A stretch of 64,000 nucleotides of DNA from Escherichia phage P896. The position numbers and the translations under genes are program-made. Location of the stretch: sequence record OL451225.1. One strand, written 5' to 3'. Below the pieces are notes generated by a model that was not told the DNA's origin, ran no database searches, and saw nothing but the letters and a program-made list of their open reading frames with translations. Positions 10,218 to 20,131 of the stretch are shown one piece after another; within the stretch, counting starts at the first letter, position 1; each line of letters begins with the position of its first letter.

Positions 10218-10699
10218 AATGCATCTCTCAATTGGTTAAGTATGTCAATAAATTCTTGTTCAGTCAATATTGTATCATGAACAGTAAGGTGACTCGCCAT
10301 CGAATGCTTTAAAACTTTGCCCTTTGTAGCTTGTAATGCGTCGCGGAATCCTTTGTTTTGGAGCGCTGCTTCAAAATAAGCATTTGTATACAACTCTTTC
10401 CATGATGTAGAGTATCTTGAAAAGGGAATTCCAAGCCAGAAAAGCGTCCCACGGTCCGCAGCTCTCGCATAAGCTCTTCCACTTTGCTGGGCGGCCAGGC
10501 CGGACATCCCAAATATACGTTTTTGTTGTTCATGATTTCTCACCTTACACCCTTGCAGGAAGCCTTCAAGACCTCCAAACTGGATGCCCTCCATAACAAA
10601 AGGCCATTTAGCAAAGTTACTTAATGCACATGATGGCCATGGGAAATTGCTTCTGATTTCTAACTCAGACATCTTTGACACTGATAATCTTGGTTGCAT
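10214..10699 (-). CDS. Hypothetical protein (30.3-like position)
   Basis: 161-aa ORF in the conserved gene-30 downstream block. Confidence 0.5.
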   Translation of the reverse strand: MQPRLSVSKMSELEIRSNFPWPSCALSNFAKWPFVMEGIQFGGLEGFLQGCKVRNHEQQKRIFGMSGLAAQQSGRAYARAADRGTLFWLGIPFSRYSTSWKELYTNAYFEAALQNKGFRDALQATKGKVLKHSMASHLTVHDTILTEQEFIDILNQLRDAL

Positions 10700-10877
10700 A
10701 CCACATACCGTGGTCCGGTAATCTGGATTTAATTGACCGCCCGCGATATGTTTTTCGCATTACAACAGTCTTAATAGCATCTTCATCACAAGCATATGGA
10801 GGTGATAAATCAATAACACGATAAGTAACTTCAACCATTTCCAAGCCAAACAGCTTTTTAAATAATTTCTTAATCAT
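10665..10877 (-). CDS. Small hypothetical protein, tandem paralog A
   Basis: 70 aa; clearly homologous to the adjacent 70-aa ORF (shared EMVEVTYRV.D.SP ... SIK.RLP..G.W ... IISVKD). Confidence 0.5.
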   Translation of the reverse strand: MIKKLFKKLFGLEMVEVTYRVIDLSPPYACDEDAIKTVVMRKTYRGRSIKSRLPDHGMWYATKIISVKDV

Positions 10878-10886
10878 GAAGGTTCC

Positions 10887-11099
10887 TTAAATATCTTTGA
10901 CGCTGATAATATATACATCAGCCCAATGACCATAACCAGGTAGACGGTCTTTAATAGATAATCCACCGTCAGATTTCAGCATTTTAATTGTTTTAGTATA
11001 TGGTTCAATATTTCGGGCCCATGGACTCACGTCAGTTACGCGATAAGTAACTTCAACCATTTCTGTTCCCAAAATTTTCTGAATCAGTTTCTTAAACAT
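10887..11099 (-). CDS. Small hypothetical protein, tandem paralog B
   Basis: 70 aa; paralog of 10665..10877. Confidence 0.5.
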   Translation of the reverse strand: MFKKLIQKILGTEMVEVTYRVTDVSPWARNIEPYTKTIKMLKSDGGLSIKDRLPGYGHWADVYIISVKDI

Positions 11100-11100
11100 A

Positions 11101-11295
11101 TTATCCTCGCCTTAAACATTTGATTACAGACAGTTCACCGTCCATGCGAACGTCTTCTGTTCCGTCAACCCACAGGACTAGATACGCTTCTTTAATTACA
11201 ATACCACCGAATTTAAAAGCAGGCAAGACCTTAGAAATCATTCCAGGAATACCTACGCCTTTTAACTGGACAGTTTGCGATAGAAATAGTTTCAT
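11101..11295 (-). CDS. Hypothetical protein
   Basis: 64-aa ORF, coupled to flanking genes. Confidence 0.4.
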   Translation of the reverse strand: MKLFLSQTVQLKGVGIPGMISKVLPAFKFGGIVIKEAYLVLWVDGTEDVRMDGELSVIKCLRRG

Positions 11296-11612
11296 TAGAA
11301 CCTCATCTGGAAACCGTGTGATTTAACATTACCGCCATTAATATCAGACGAATTGACTTCACGTGCTGCAATTGGGTCAATATCAATGTCGCGGCTAAGC
11401 TTGGTGATTGCCAGCGTATCACGTCCATTAACAGTCCTGAATTCAACTGGGCAAACTATATCCACATAGTTTTTAATGGATTCTTTAGTTGGTTCACACC
11501 CAGCAGGAACATTAGGGCCTTTTTTAGAGAAAACAACTTCACAGAAATTTTTGCGTGTATCAAAGTAAGTAGTCATAAACATAGTATTTTCCTCAAGGGG
11601 CTTTCGCCCCAT
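11295..11612 (-). CDS. Hypothetical protein
   Basis: 105-aa ORF. Confidence 0.5.
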   Translation of the reverse strand: MGRKPLEENTMFMTTYFDTRKNFCEVVFSKKGPNVPAGCEPTKESIKNYVDIVCPVEFRTVNGRDTLAITKLSRDIDIDPIAAREVNSSDINGGNVKSHGFQMRF

Positions 11613-11618
11613 TTAAGA

Positions 11619-11984
11619 TTAGATATCAAATTCATTAAGAACTACATCAAAGATTGCTTCCAGGTGTTCAGGTTTTGCTTTGTTACCCAGGATATGACGA
11701 ATCCAAGTTTTAACCAACAGCTTGCGATTAACACCATTCCAACAAGGATGAGTACCTAAATCACGCTCGCGGAAATCATCATCTAAAGCAATTTTAAAGG
11801 TTGAACCAGTCATAGTGATTGAAAGAGTGATACCATTTTCAAATCGCATATAAACGTAGTTAGGAGTCATATACTGTTCAATTTCGCACACTGAACCATT
11901 TTTATGTTTCCACAGGCAAATAACTTCAGAAGAACCTGGGATGCAGTTAGAAACATATTTGCGTTCAAAGTTGATGTAGTTCAT
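11619..11984 (-). CDS. Hypothetical protein
   Basis: 121-aa ORF preceded by the conserved leader module ...TGGAGAATAAAATG. Confidence 0.5.
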   Translation of the reverse strand: MNYINFERKYVSNCIPGSSEVICLWKHKNGSVCEIEQYMTPNYVYMRFENGITLSITMTGSTFKIALDDDFRERDLGTHPCWNGVNRKLLVKTWIRHILGNKAKPEHLEAIFDVVLNEFDI

Positions 11985-12011
11985 TTTATTCTCCAGTTGT
12001 TTTCATTTGTT

Positions 12012-12052
12012 GGTACAGGTCTATAATATCATAACCTGTACCAAAGTAAACT
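12012..12052 (-). promoter_or_regulatory. Early-type promoter with an inverted repeat flanking the -10 region
   Basis: Minus strand GTTTAC (-35-like) then GGTACAGG-N15-CCTGTACC palindrome enclosing an AT-rich -10-like segment. Confidence 0.4.
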
Positions 12053-12055
12053 GTT

Positions 12056-12424
12056 TTATGCGACTTTAATCCAATTATCTAAATTTAATTCACCCTTAGC
12101 TTTCATTTTTTCAATCAAATCATCAGCAGTAGTGCGACCATTTTGATACCATGTAACATCTTCAGAATAACCAGTTTCTTCATCTTCATAGGTCTTACAG
12201 CGAATCTTACCAAGAATCAAAGTTTTCAGTTCGTAGGTATCACCAGTAAAAAAGTTTGTTACCATAATTTTCCAGGAGAAGTCATCAGAAGGACCTTCTG
12301 GAGTCATGCAAGAAACGAATTCAAATTGTTCTTTATACAAGTGCCATTGCATTTCTTTAGTTTCAATGGCTTTGTAACCGTCGTGGTCTTTACCTTTGAT
12401 GTATGAGTTAAGATTGATTTTCAT
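12056..12424 (-). CDS. Hypothetical protein
   Basis: 122-aa ORF with TGGAGAATAAAATG leader. Confidence 0.5.
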   Translation of the reverse strand: MKINLNSYIKGKDHDGYKAIETKEMQWHLYKEQFEFVSCMTPEGPSDDFSWKIMVTNFFTGDTYELKTLILGKIRCKTYEDEETGYSEDVTWYQNGRTTADDLIEKMKAKGELNLDNWIKVA

Positions 12425-12465
12425 TTTATTCTCCAGTGTTTTATTGTGTAACTCAGTATGGAATC

Positions 12466-12497
12466 ATTATGCACTGGACCAACCCTGTTGTAAACCC
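12466..12497 (-). promoter_or_regulatory. T4 early-type promoter (GTTTAC -35, CATAAT -10)
   Basis: Minus strand GTTTACAA-N-CATAATGATTCCATACTGAG; member of a repeated promoter-leader cassette family in this window. Confidence 0.5.
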
Positions 12498-12504
12498 CTT
12501 TATG

Positions 12505-12536
12505 GAAAATAAAAAAGGGACTCCGAAGAGTCCCTG
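12505..12536 (-). terminator. Intrinsic terminator
   Basis: Minus-strand GGGACUC-UUCG-GAGUCCC hairpin followed by UUUUUUAUUUU. Confidence 0.6.
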
Positions 12537-12539
12537 AAC

Positions 12540-12701
12540 TTATGCTTTCGGCTTACCAAAGCAAGCTGCATCGGCACGCAATACCGCACGAGCACGAGCC
12601 TGAAGTTTATCAGTTACCTGATTGATTCGCTTGTTGGACGCACGCTTGTAACCAGCGCGTTTGGAGGAGCCATCAACAACTTTAACTTCTTTCTTAGCCA
12701 T
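12540..12701 (-). CDS. Small basic protein (53 aa), hypothetical
   Basis: ORF below the track's 60-aa cutoff, MAKKEVKVVDGSSKRAGYKRASNKRINQ...; Lys/Arg-rich; followed directly by a terminator. Confidence 0.4.
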   Translation of the reverse strand: MAKKEVKVVDGSSKRAGYKRASNKRINQVTDKLQARARAVLRADAACFGKPKA

Positions 12702-12996
12702 ATTAAATTCTCTTTAAAATAGAATGCAGGACTTATTGACATTGCCTGCGCAAGCCCTCGAAGGGAACATTAGGTTTCGGATATTTAACGACAGGATAAC
12801 CATAAACCTCGTCATCATACCAACCACGACTTAGACAGATAACCTTTTTCTGACGCGTGATAGTACAAAATACATTCAAGAGGTACACCACAAAATTATC
12901 GGGGTCTAAAACTATAATGATTCGCAAATCATTAATCAGATAATTCGGTGGCTCCTCGATTTTCTAGCCGCACTAAGGTAGCGAATCACCTACAGC

Positions 12997-13251
12997 TTAC
13001 TTCAGGGTTACGACAAAATGGCGAACAGCTTTACGCGCAGCAGATGCCAGCGGCTTAGCAAATTTCAGTTCATCTTTTGCTTCGAGCACTGCGCGAAGGT
13101 CGGTTTGAATCGGGTTAAGATGTTTGAAATACTGCAGAATTTCCAGTGCTTCGGCTTCAACATCAATAGATGCGCCGTAGTTTTCGTGACCGTTATTCCA
13201 TGCAGTGCGTTGCAGTTCGAGAGCGTGTTGTAATTGTTTGTTTAAAGACAT
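12997..13251 (-). CDS. rIII: rIII-like lysis-inhibition accessory protein (start probably the internal ATG)
   Basis: About 84 aa from the internal Met (MSLNKQ...WNNGHENYGASIDVEAEALEILQYF...), matching T4 rIII in size and in position between the gene-30 block and gene 31. Confidence 0.45.
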   Translation of the reverse strand: MSLNKQLQHALELQRTAWNNGHENYGASIDVEAEALEILQYFKHLNPIQTDLRAVLEAKDELKFAKPLASAARKAVRHFVVTLK

Positions 13252-13405
13252 TTTAGAAGCCTCAATATGAGGTGAATATTTGGTGGACACGTTCTTCTGA
13301 ATTTCACTTCCTTTCGGCAAGTCTCTCAGTTGTAGTCCACCGTTTAGGATTAGCTAACCCAATACACCAGCAAAGCTCTGTATGACATCAACCAATCCAT
13401 ATTAT

Positions 13406-13413
13406 TATTTATA
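13406..13413 (-). promoter_or_regulatory. T4-type late promoter (TATAAATA) upstream of the rIII-like gene
   Basis: Exact TATAAATA on the minus strand between the gene-31 stop and the rIII-like start. Confidence 0.4.
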
Positions 13414-13422
13414 ACGCTAATT

Positions 13423-13770
13423 TTACTTATAAAGACAAGGAACAGCTTTATAATGACAGGTCACAAATTTCTGCTTAACTTCTTTAGCCTGCTTAAGTCC
13501 CAGAGCAACCAGAGGATGCGGAACGTTTGCAATCTTGCCAACCGGAAGAGGAGTCAAATCACCTACTTCACAGAAACCTTCAGGAACATCCGGACCAACC
13601 GAAAATACTTCACACATCTCCGGGATTTCACCCTGATGGAGTTTTCCGATAACGATACCTGATGCCGTAGTTTCTTCATCACCAGCTTGCTTTGGCTCAG
13701 AAACCAAAATAATATATTCACCTACTGCTTTAATTGGTAATTCCATATTTAATCCATGTTGTTTGGTCAT
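13423..13770 (-). CDS. 31: Co-chaperonin gp31 (GroES analogue)
   Basis: Strong similarity to T4 gp31 (...AVGEY.ILVSEP.QAGDEE...[20 protein letters not shown]...VPHP.VALGLKQ...[16 protein letters not shown]); exact start codon uncertain. Confidence 0.85.
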   Translation of the reverse strand: MTKQHGLNMELPIKAVGEYIILVSEPKQAGDEETTASGIVIGKLHQGEIPEMCEVFSVGPDVPEGFCEVGDLTPLPVGKIANVPHPLVALGLKQAKEVKQKFVTCHYKAVPCLYK

Positions 13771-13801
13771 GTATTAATAATAACACGCATTGTTTGAAGC
13801 A

Positions 13802-14101
13802 TTAAAGGACAAGCAGTGTCTCGGTCTGCAGTCCATTCACGGAAATCAATTTATTGAAACAGAATGAACGCCATTCATTAAGCTTGGTATCAAATACCCG
13901 GATATAGCTAACTGGTTCTTTATGAGCTTCTGGCCCAGGGACCTGGATTTCTTTATACGGCAGCAGGTCCAGGTCGCGAGTACAAGTCATACGGCGGATG
14001 CTACCATCTGCTTTTTCAAACAGAACTTCGTGAAAACCAACAGACAAAATAGTCTTGACTTTTTCACGGAGACGAATTGTTTCTTGTTCAGTTAAAATCA
14101 T
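13802..14101 (-). CDS. Hypothetical protein (31.1-like position)
   Basis: 99-aa ORF. Confidence 0.5.
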   Translation of the reverse strand: MILTEQETIRLREKVKTILSVGFHEVLFEKADGSIRRMTCTRDLDLLPYKEIQVPGPEAHKEPVSYIRVFDTKLNEWRSFCFNKLISVNGLQTETLLVL

Positions 14102-14103
14102 AA

Positions 14104-14337
14104 TTATTCCAAAACAGTTTTAATGGTTGTTGCATTACGCTCTTTTAGAGCTCTTAATAGGCTATGGCAATTTTCAAGAATAGGCACCGTTTTATAGTTC
14201 ATTTCGGCGCGAGCCCACTCGGATTTATAGTACGATTTCCAACGAGAGAAAAAGTACTTTTTGTATTCTACTGAATAGGCTACCAGGTTTTCACCTTTTG
14301 AGTTCAGACCTGAAAACTTAACTAGACGAAATTTCAT
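14104..14337 (-). CDS. Hypothetical protein (31.2-like position)
   Basis: 77-aa ORF. Confidence 0.5.
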   Translation of the reverse strand: MKFRLVKFSGLNSKGENLVAYSVEYKKYFFSRWKSYYKSEWARAEMNYKTVPILENCHSLLRALKERNATTIKTVLE

Positions 14338-14918
14338 TATTCACCACAAAATTCGTTAATGTTTTCCCAGTTCAATTTGTCTAGACTGCGCTTAGGCACA
14401 TTGAACACCTCAATTCCCGCGTTCTTCAGGATATCATCCCAACCAGGAATATTCTTATCATACGTTTCACAGTAAACCAATTTCTTGATTCCTGATTGAG
14501 AAATTGCCTTTGCACAATCAGGACAAGGAGAAAGCGTCACATACATAGTAGCGCCTTCAATTGACGAACCCATTCTGGCTGCGAACAGAATCGCATTAAG
14601 CTCGGCATGAATTTCGTTGTTCTTTGACCATGCAGAATGTTCTTCGCGATGGGCTTTCGCCAATACAAAACGGTCAACCTTACTGAATCTCACACATTCT
14701 GGCTTATGACCAGGGACGAGAACAGGTTTAGGTTTATTCAGTAACCAACCTTGCTCTTCCGCATGCTCGCAACAGTTAACCCCACCTGCAGGGGAACCAT
14801 TATACCCTGTAGAAATAATGCGGCCATTCTTTTCAATAACAGCCCCCACTTTCCAGGAGCAACATTTGGATTCTTGAGATACAAGGTATGCGATTTGCAG
14901 AACAGTAGTTGGTTTCAT
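14337..14918 (-). CDS. cd: dCMP deaminase
   Basis: 193 aa; zinc-binding deaminase motifs (CAEHAE and PCPDCAKAI); T4 position and size. Confidence 0.9.
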   Translation of the reverse strand: MKPTTVLQIAYLVSQESKCCSWKVGAVIEKNGRIISTGYNGSPAGGVNCCEHAEEQGWLLNKPKPVLVPGHKPECVRFSKVDRFVLAKAHREEHSAWSKNNEIHAELNAILFAARMGSSIEGATMYVTLSPCPDCAKAISQSGIKKLVYCETYDKNIPGWDDILKNAGIEVFNVPKRSLDKLNWENINEFCGE

Positions 14919-15254
14919 TTACATCACCACGAGATAATTGGTTTTAATAGTTTCAACACGATATAATTCATGTCGCAATTTAGTAATGCTCTTAACATGT
15001 GTTGTAATTATACTATCACCGTCGCTGAAGCGTTTTTTCTTATCGCCAAAAATCACCCCAAACATTCGCTCACCAATTTCTACAGGAGCTTCTGTAATAA
15101 CAACCGCATCATAATTACTTGGGTGAATACTTTTAAACAGAGCATCATTCGCAAGCGTTACTTTGATAAATGCAGCTGTCTCCGGGTCCAACTTACGATG
15201 GTCACCCAAATCATTTTTAAGGGCTTCCTGGAAAATATCCATTAAATTCATCAT
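14919..15254 (-). CDS. Hypothetical protein (cd.x block)
   Basis: 111-aa ORF. Confidence 0.5.
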   Translation of the reverse strand: MMNLMDIFQEALKNDLGDHRKLDPETAAFIKVTLANDALFKSIHPSNYDAVVITEAPVEIGERMFGVIFGDKKKRFSDGDSIITTHVKSITKLRHELYRVETIKTNYLVVM

Positions 15255-15496
15255 TGAATATACACTCGCTGCGCTTCAACCAGACCATCAGAACCCAATT
15301 TCAGTTGGGTCAACTGGTCACCACCTTTTAGAGTAATTTTCGGATTAATGACAATCATAAAACTGCGTGCGGATTCCTGAATAACTTGCAAAGTCGCATT
15401 AGGGAATCGCTCTGATACGCGATTAATCATCGCTTGAGCGAATGCTTTCACTTTTTCGTGGAACTCTTCAACAGTAATTGGTGTTTCGCTAAGCAT
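15251..15496 (-). CDS. Hypothetical protein (cd.x block)
   Basis: 81-aa ORF. Confidence 0.5.
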   Translation of the reverse strand: MLSETPITVEEFHEKVKAFAQAMINRVSERFPNATLQVIQESARSFMIVINPKITLKGGDQLTQLKLGSDGLVEAQRVYIQ

Positions 15497-16038
15497 CAGA
15501 TTGTCTCCTGTTTTACTTGTTTAACGATAGAAGCTTTTGTGATATCGCCTTTGATAATATAGCAATCTTCTGCAGTACCACGGTTTAACAGACGCTCTGC
15601 CTCGCCTTCCGCATATTCTTTTGACACATGACGAGAGTTAATCTCAATCTTGCCATTTTTAACCACAAGCAATTTCCAAACTGATGCAAGTTTCACTGGC
15701 ACAGGTTCAACTTCTGGCTTAACGCCAACTTCCGCTTGGATGAAATAATCAAATTCATCAGACAATGGACCAGCAGAAACAAACATTGCCCCATGATGCC
15801 TGTTTTCTGCACCAGATATTTTTGCCAAATCCACAAAATTCTTTTCATCAATCAAACGAATCTCACAAACTTTTCTTCCACCGCTAGCAGTATCAGGGAC
15901 AATCTTAACTTCAAACGGAGTCATACCGATGTATTTGGCAATTTGGTAATTAGCTGCCCAGCCTCCGGCAATAAACTGTTTTTTGGCATTTTCAGATGCG
16001 AACTTGTAAAACTTGCCTTCTTCAAAGAAATTACTCAT
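15496..16038 (-). CDS. Hypothetical protein (cd.x block)
   Basis: 180-aa ORF. Confidence 0.5.
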   Translation of the reverse strand: MSNFFEEGKFYKFASENAKKQFIAGGWAANYQIAKYIGMTPFEVKIVPDTASGGRKVCEIRLIDEKNFVDLAKISGAENRHHGAMFVSAGPLSDEFDYFIQAEVGVKPEVEPVPVKLASVWKLLVVKNGKIEINSRHVSKEYAEGEAERLLNRGTAEDCYIIKGDITKASIVKQVKQETI

Positions 16039-16098
16039 TTTGTTTTCCTCATGTGTTGATGAAATTCATTATACACCATCCGTGGTGAAAGTAAACAC

Positions 16099-16377
16099 TT
16101 AAATTGCTTCGACAACTACCGTTTGTTTCTGGAAGTCCATTTTGCATGAAATAGCCAAAATGTGGTTATCAATTTTAAACGGAACAATTGCAAATGCTGC
16201 ACCAGGCGTGAGTTGAACAGTGATTGCATCAACTGCATCCGGGAACATGATTTCCAGAATAGCAGACAAACGACCATGCACTTTTAGTTCAGTCGACACG
16301 TCGACGCTTTCGTATAGATAATCAGATACAATCTGACTAAAAACTACTTTAACAATTTCAGAATACGTAGGAAACAT
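16099..16377 (-). CDS. Hypothetical protein (cd.x block)
   Basis: 92-aa ORF. Confidence 0.5.
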   Translation of the reverse strand: MFPTYSEIVKVVFSQIVSDYLYESVDVSTELKVHGRLSAILEIMFPDAVDAITVQLTPGAAFAIVPFKIDNHILAISCKMDFQKQTVVVEAI

Positions 16378-16425
16378 TTTCTTTTCTCGCTTAGTTATTT
16401 GGGGTATCCAAAGGACCTAGACCCC

Positions 16426-16449
16426 ATTATAACATAAAATTTTTAAAGC
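16426..16449 (-). promoter_or_regulatory. Candidate MotA-dependent middle promoter
   Basis: Minus strand cGCTTTA (MotA-box-like), then about 11 nt, then TATAAT. Confidence 0.3.
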
Positions 16450-16450
16450 G

Positions 16451-16666
16451 TTAATGAACGGTATGCACCTTGACATTAACGATAAATCGGTCAATGACTT
16501 CAGTCAGCGGAACGAATTCAACATAATATTCGCCCTTGTATCGTTCGTTGATATCATTGCGCAGTGCAGCCAGGTTGTTGATAAGAGCAGGAGACATATT
16601 CTGCCCTACCAGTTTCTGAAGCTCTTTATAAGCTTCTTCTTCAACTTCATGGTGTTTGTTATACAT
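16451..16666 (-). CDS. Hypothetical protein
   Basis: 71-aa ORF. Confidence 0.45.
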   Translation of the reverse strand: MYNKHHEVEEEAYKELQKLVGQNMSPALINNLAALRNDINERYKGEYYVEFVPLTEVIDRFIVNVKVHTVH

Positions 16667-16868
16667 AATGTTCTTCCAAGAAGGCTAAGAGTTCTGGAGC
16701 GGATTTAAAGATACCGCCATCAACCTTGTCTTCACTATCATAATCCATTACATCCAGGCCAATACGTCCATCAGTTAAAGGCCATACGCCGAAGAAAAAG
16801 CATTTACGTTTTTCAATTTCTTCGATTGTACGAAAAATCTTTTCGATATTATTCATAGGGGTTTCCAT
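16659..16868 (-). CDS. Hypothetical protein
   Basis: 69-aa ORF. Confidence 0.45.
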   Translation of the reverse strand: METPMNNIEKIFRTIEEIEKRKCFFFGVWPLTDGRIGLDVMDYDSEDKVDGGIFKSAPELLAFLEEHYV

Positions 16869-17572
16869 TTTCTACCTAGTTGCCAATCGGGGTGGCTCAA
16901 TCTAGGGTCATTTTCATCGGTGGTAGAAGATTTCTTGCCTGAAATATGGATAAGCCATTTTCTAGACTTAGCTACTCTTGAATAATTGGCTTTTGCCTCA
17001 TCTGAACGAATCTTACCTTTGTTCGATTCAGATATTTTATTGCCCCATTCAATAATAGCTTCTTCACTCATAAAATCTTTTACATTTTTACCGTACACTG
17101 GATTATTTTCGCCTTTAAATGAATTACCATTTTTAAGGCGGCTTTTTTTGGATTTAAGCCCACTACCAGGCAATCTCTTGCCTTTATTCCATGGTATAAC
17201 ACCGTTTTTGTATCTTTGCTTTTGTGATTCTGAAATTTTTAACGAAGTTTCGGGACTCGAGTTAACATTAATACGATTTTCATTAATGTACTCCCAACCT
17301 CCTTCTCCACCGGGCTTCAAATTGTAATTAGTATCCAATTTTATAAATTCTTTAGTTACTAATTCGGCTTCTAAATCATATGCTTCTTGTTTAGTTTCAA
17401 ATATTTTTATGATTTCTTTAATAAAAGAATCTTTACCATATTTTGATTCAGCATTTTTAAAAGCTGTACCGGAACCTAAATAAGAATCGTTTTCTTCCAA
17501 GGTCTTATGAACCCCTATATAAATTTTATTATTAACCAAACATGTAGTTTTATATACAGTATATTTTTCCAT
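16853..17572 (-). CDS. GIY-YIG homing endonuclease (Seg-like), free-standing
   Basis: N-terminal GIY-YIG module (YTVYK...NNKIYIGV); C-terminal basic repeats (IPWNKGK, NPVYGKN) typical of Seg-type DNA-binding regions; likely start is the second ATG (MEKYTVYK), preceded by GGAGGUGA. Confidence 0.75.
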   Translation of the reverse strand: MEKYTVYKTTCLVNNKIYIGVHKTLEENDSYLGSGTAFKNAESKYGKDSFIKEIIKIFETKQEAYDLEAELVTKEFIKLDTNYNLKPGGEGGWEYINENRINVNSSPETSLKISESQKQRYKNGVIPWNKGKRLPGSGLKSKKSRLKNGNSFKGENNPVYGKNVKDFMSEEAIIEWGNKISESNKGKIRSDEAKANYSRVAKSRKWLIHISGKKSSTTDENDPRLSHPDWQLGRKWKPL

Positions 17573-17581
17573 TAGAATCAC

Positions 17582-17611
17582 CTCCATAGATATTTATACT
17601 TATCTATGGAG
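17582..17611 (-). promoter_or_regulatory. Hairpin sequestering the endonuclease RBS, with an embedded late promoter (TATAAATA at 17591-17598)
   Basis: CTCCATAGATA-N8-TATCTATGGAG perfect inverted repeat; the 3' arm contains GGAG and the first AUG; TATAAATA lies across the loop and the start of the 3' arm. Confidence 0.55.
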
Positions 17612-17619
17612 ATTTCTAA

Positions 17620-18838
<1,219 letters not shown>

Positions 18839-18842
<4 letters not shown>

Positions 18843-19321
18843 ACACCAAGCTCCTTATAAAGTTCTTCGCGACAGGTTTTAAGGATTTTACCAGTTTCAT
18901 AAGCTGCACTTTCAGAAACATCACCAAGTGCAGCGGCAGATTGCATTTGTCCATGGCGTTTAGCTGCATATTCAAAACTTTTCACCAATTCACGAATACG
19001 TTCTTTTTCATTGTACTCTTCAATGAATTCAGGGTATTCCCAAACAGGTCGCATCATACGATACCAATGCTGAATAGTAATATAATTACTTCCATCCAGA
19101 TTAATAATTTGCGAAGGCTTAATAGACCCTGGGGCATAAAAAGTTACCTGTCTTACTACATCAATACCGTCCACCATAGCCCAAGCAAAATCGAAAGTTG
19201 CCTTCTTTTCAATTGGTGTGCTTGCACAGGACCCTAATTTTAAGAGCTTTTGTAATACAGGAGATTTAACACCTGAAATGTATTCAGGATTAGCTACAAA
19301 AGAATTGTCACGTAAAGTCAT
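18839..19321 (-). CDS. Hypothetical early protein (about 160 aa)
   Basis: ORF with GAGGAAA Shine-Dalgarno and its own early promoter; the track ORF 18839..19438 is an upstream over-extension. Confidence 0.5.
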
Positions 19322-19357
19322 AGTCATTTCCTCAAATATTTTATAATCCGTAGGAGC

Positions 19358-19390
19358 ATTATACTCTGCTCCCATGAGTTTGTACACTAC
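19358..19390 (-). promoter_or_regulatory. T4 early-type promoter with an inverted repeat around the -10
   Basis: Minus strand GTGTACAAA-N-GGAGCAGAGTATAATGCTCC; the palindrome GGAGCA/TGCTCC encloses TATAAT. Confidence 0.5.
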
Positions 19391-19490
19391 TTTCCAAAAA
19401 GACCCTGAACACATAAAGTGGCCGCAATTCCAAAACAAAAACAGAATGCACCAAATCTAACAATATCCCAACCAAGGCTACAGGTCTCAA

Positions 19491-19781
19491 TCATTTGCAA
19501 CGTTCCTCTTTTAGTTCAGAACGATAATAACATAACATACCTTTTTGGTCACGTACATATCTTTTTACATCATTCATCCAAATCCTGAATTCTTGCGATG
19601 CTTCAAAAGGCATACCAACCCAGGCTTGACCATCAATTACCTTCACTTCCCATTGCTGCTTATAATCAGCCAATGCAACAGGCCAATTAGGATGAACTTG
19701 GATTGTGGGCTCCACAACGGGCTTCTGGGCGCATGAAACGAGTCCAATAGCCAAACATACTGCCATGATAGATTTCATCAT
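19491..19781 (-). CDS. Outer-membrane lipoprotein spanin (o-spanin; pseT.2-like)
   Basis: 96 aa; signal peptide with lipobox LVSC; followed directly by the i-spanin candidate, as in T4 pseT.3/pseT.2. Confidence 0.55.
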   Translation of the reverse strand: MMKSIMAVCLAIGLVSCAQKPVVEPTIQVHPNWPVALADYKQQWEVKVIDGQAWVGMPFEASQEFRIWMNDVKRYVRDQKGMLCYYRSELKEERCK

Positions 19782-20131
19782 TTGGTGAGCTCCTGGAAGT
19801 CCTGGGCGAACTTATCAAAAGACTGATTAATCTGTTTTTCAACTAATTTAGGCTTCGCTGCCACAACCTTAGTACGTTTTGCATCTGCGCGAAGTTTATC
19901 ATTTTCCTTCTGCAGGTGTTCAACATATTCCTGGCGCTGTTGGTCAAGGAGATTAATTTGATTAACCTGGTCTTTTATTGATTGCAGATTTTTCGCATTA
20001 TCTTCTGCGACTTTGGTGACTTCCGCCACCGCTGTCTTGAGATTATCCACTTTTGCTTTTAGATAGAAACCACTACCAGCAGTTACTACCAGGGCGAGCA
20101 TAAGCCCTGTGGTGAGATTACTTATTTGCAT
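19778..20131 (-). CDS. Inner-membrane spanin (i-spanin; pseT.3-like)
   Basis: 117 aa; N-terminal transmembrane helix followed by a long charged coiled-coil region. Confidence 0.55.
   Translation of the reverse strand: MQISNLTTGLMLALVVTAGSGFYLKAKVDNLKTAVAEVTKVAEDNAKNLQSIKDQVNQINLLDQQRQEYVEHLQKENDKLRADAKRTKVVAAKPKLVEKQINQSFDKFAQDFQELTK

Larger units (their letters stand above)
16853..17611 (-). mobile_element. Homing endonuclease gene cassette with regulatory hairpin, inserted between the cd block and pseT
   Basis: GIY-YIG ORF plus an 11-bp perfect-stem hairpin that encloses the Shine-Dalgarno sequence and a TATAAATA late promoter. Confidence 0.6.

Noticed and set aside
12733-12927. 64-aa minus-strand ORF
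   Set aside because: No Shine-Dalgarno or promoter; probably non-coding. The region is kept as a finding.
13771-13800. Possible MotA box (AATGCTTCA) upstream of gene 31
   Set aside because: The matching -10 would sit within 10 nt of the annotated ATG, leaving no leader; it would only work if gene 31 starts at a downstream ATG.
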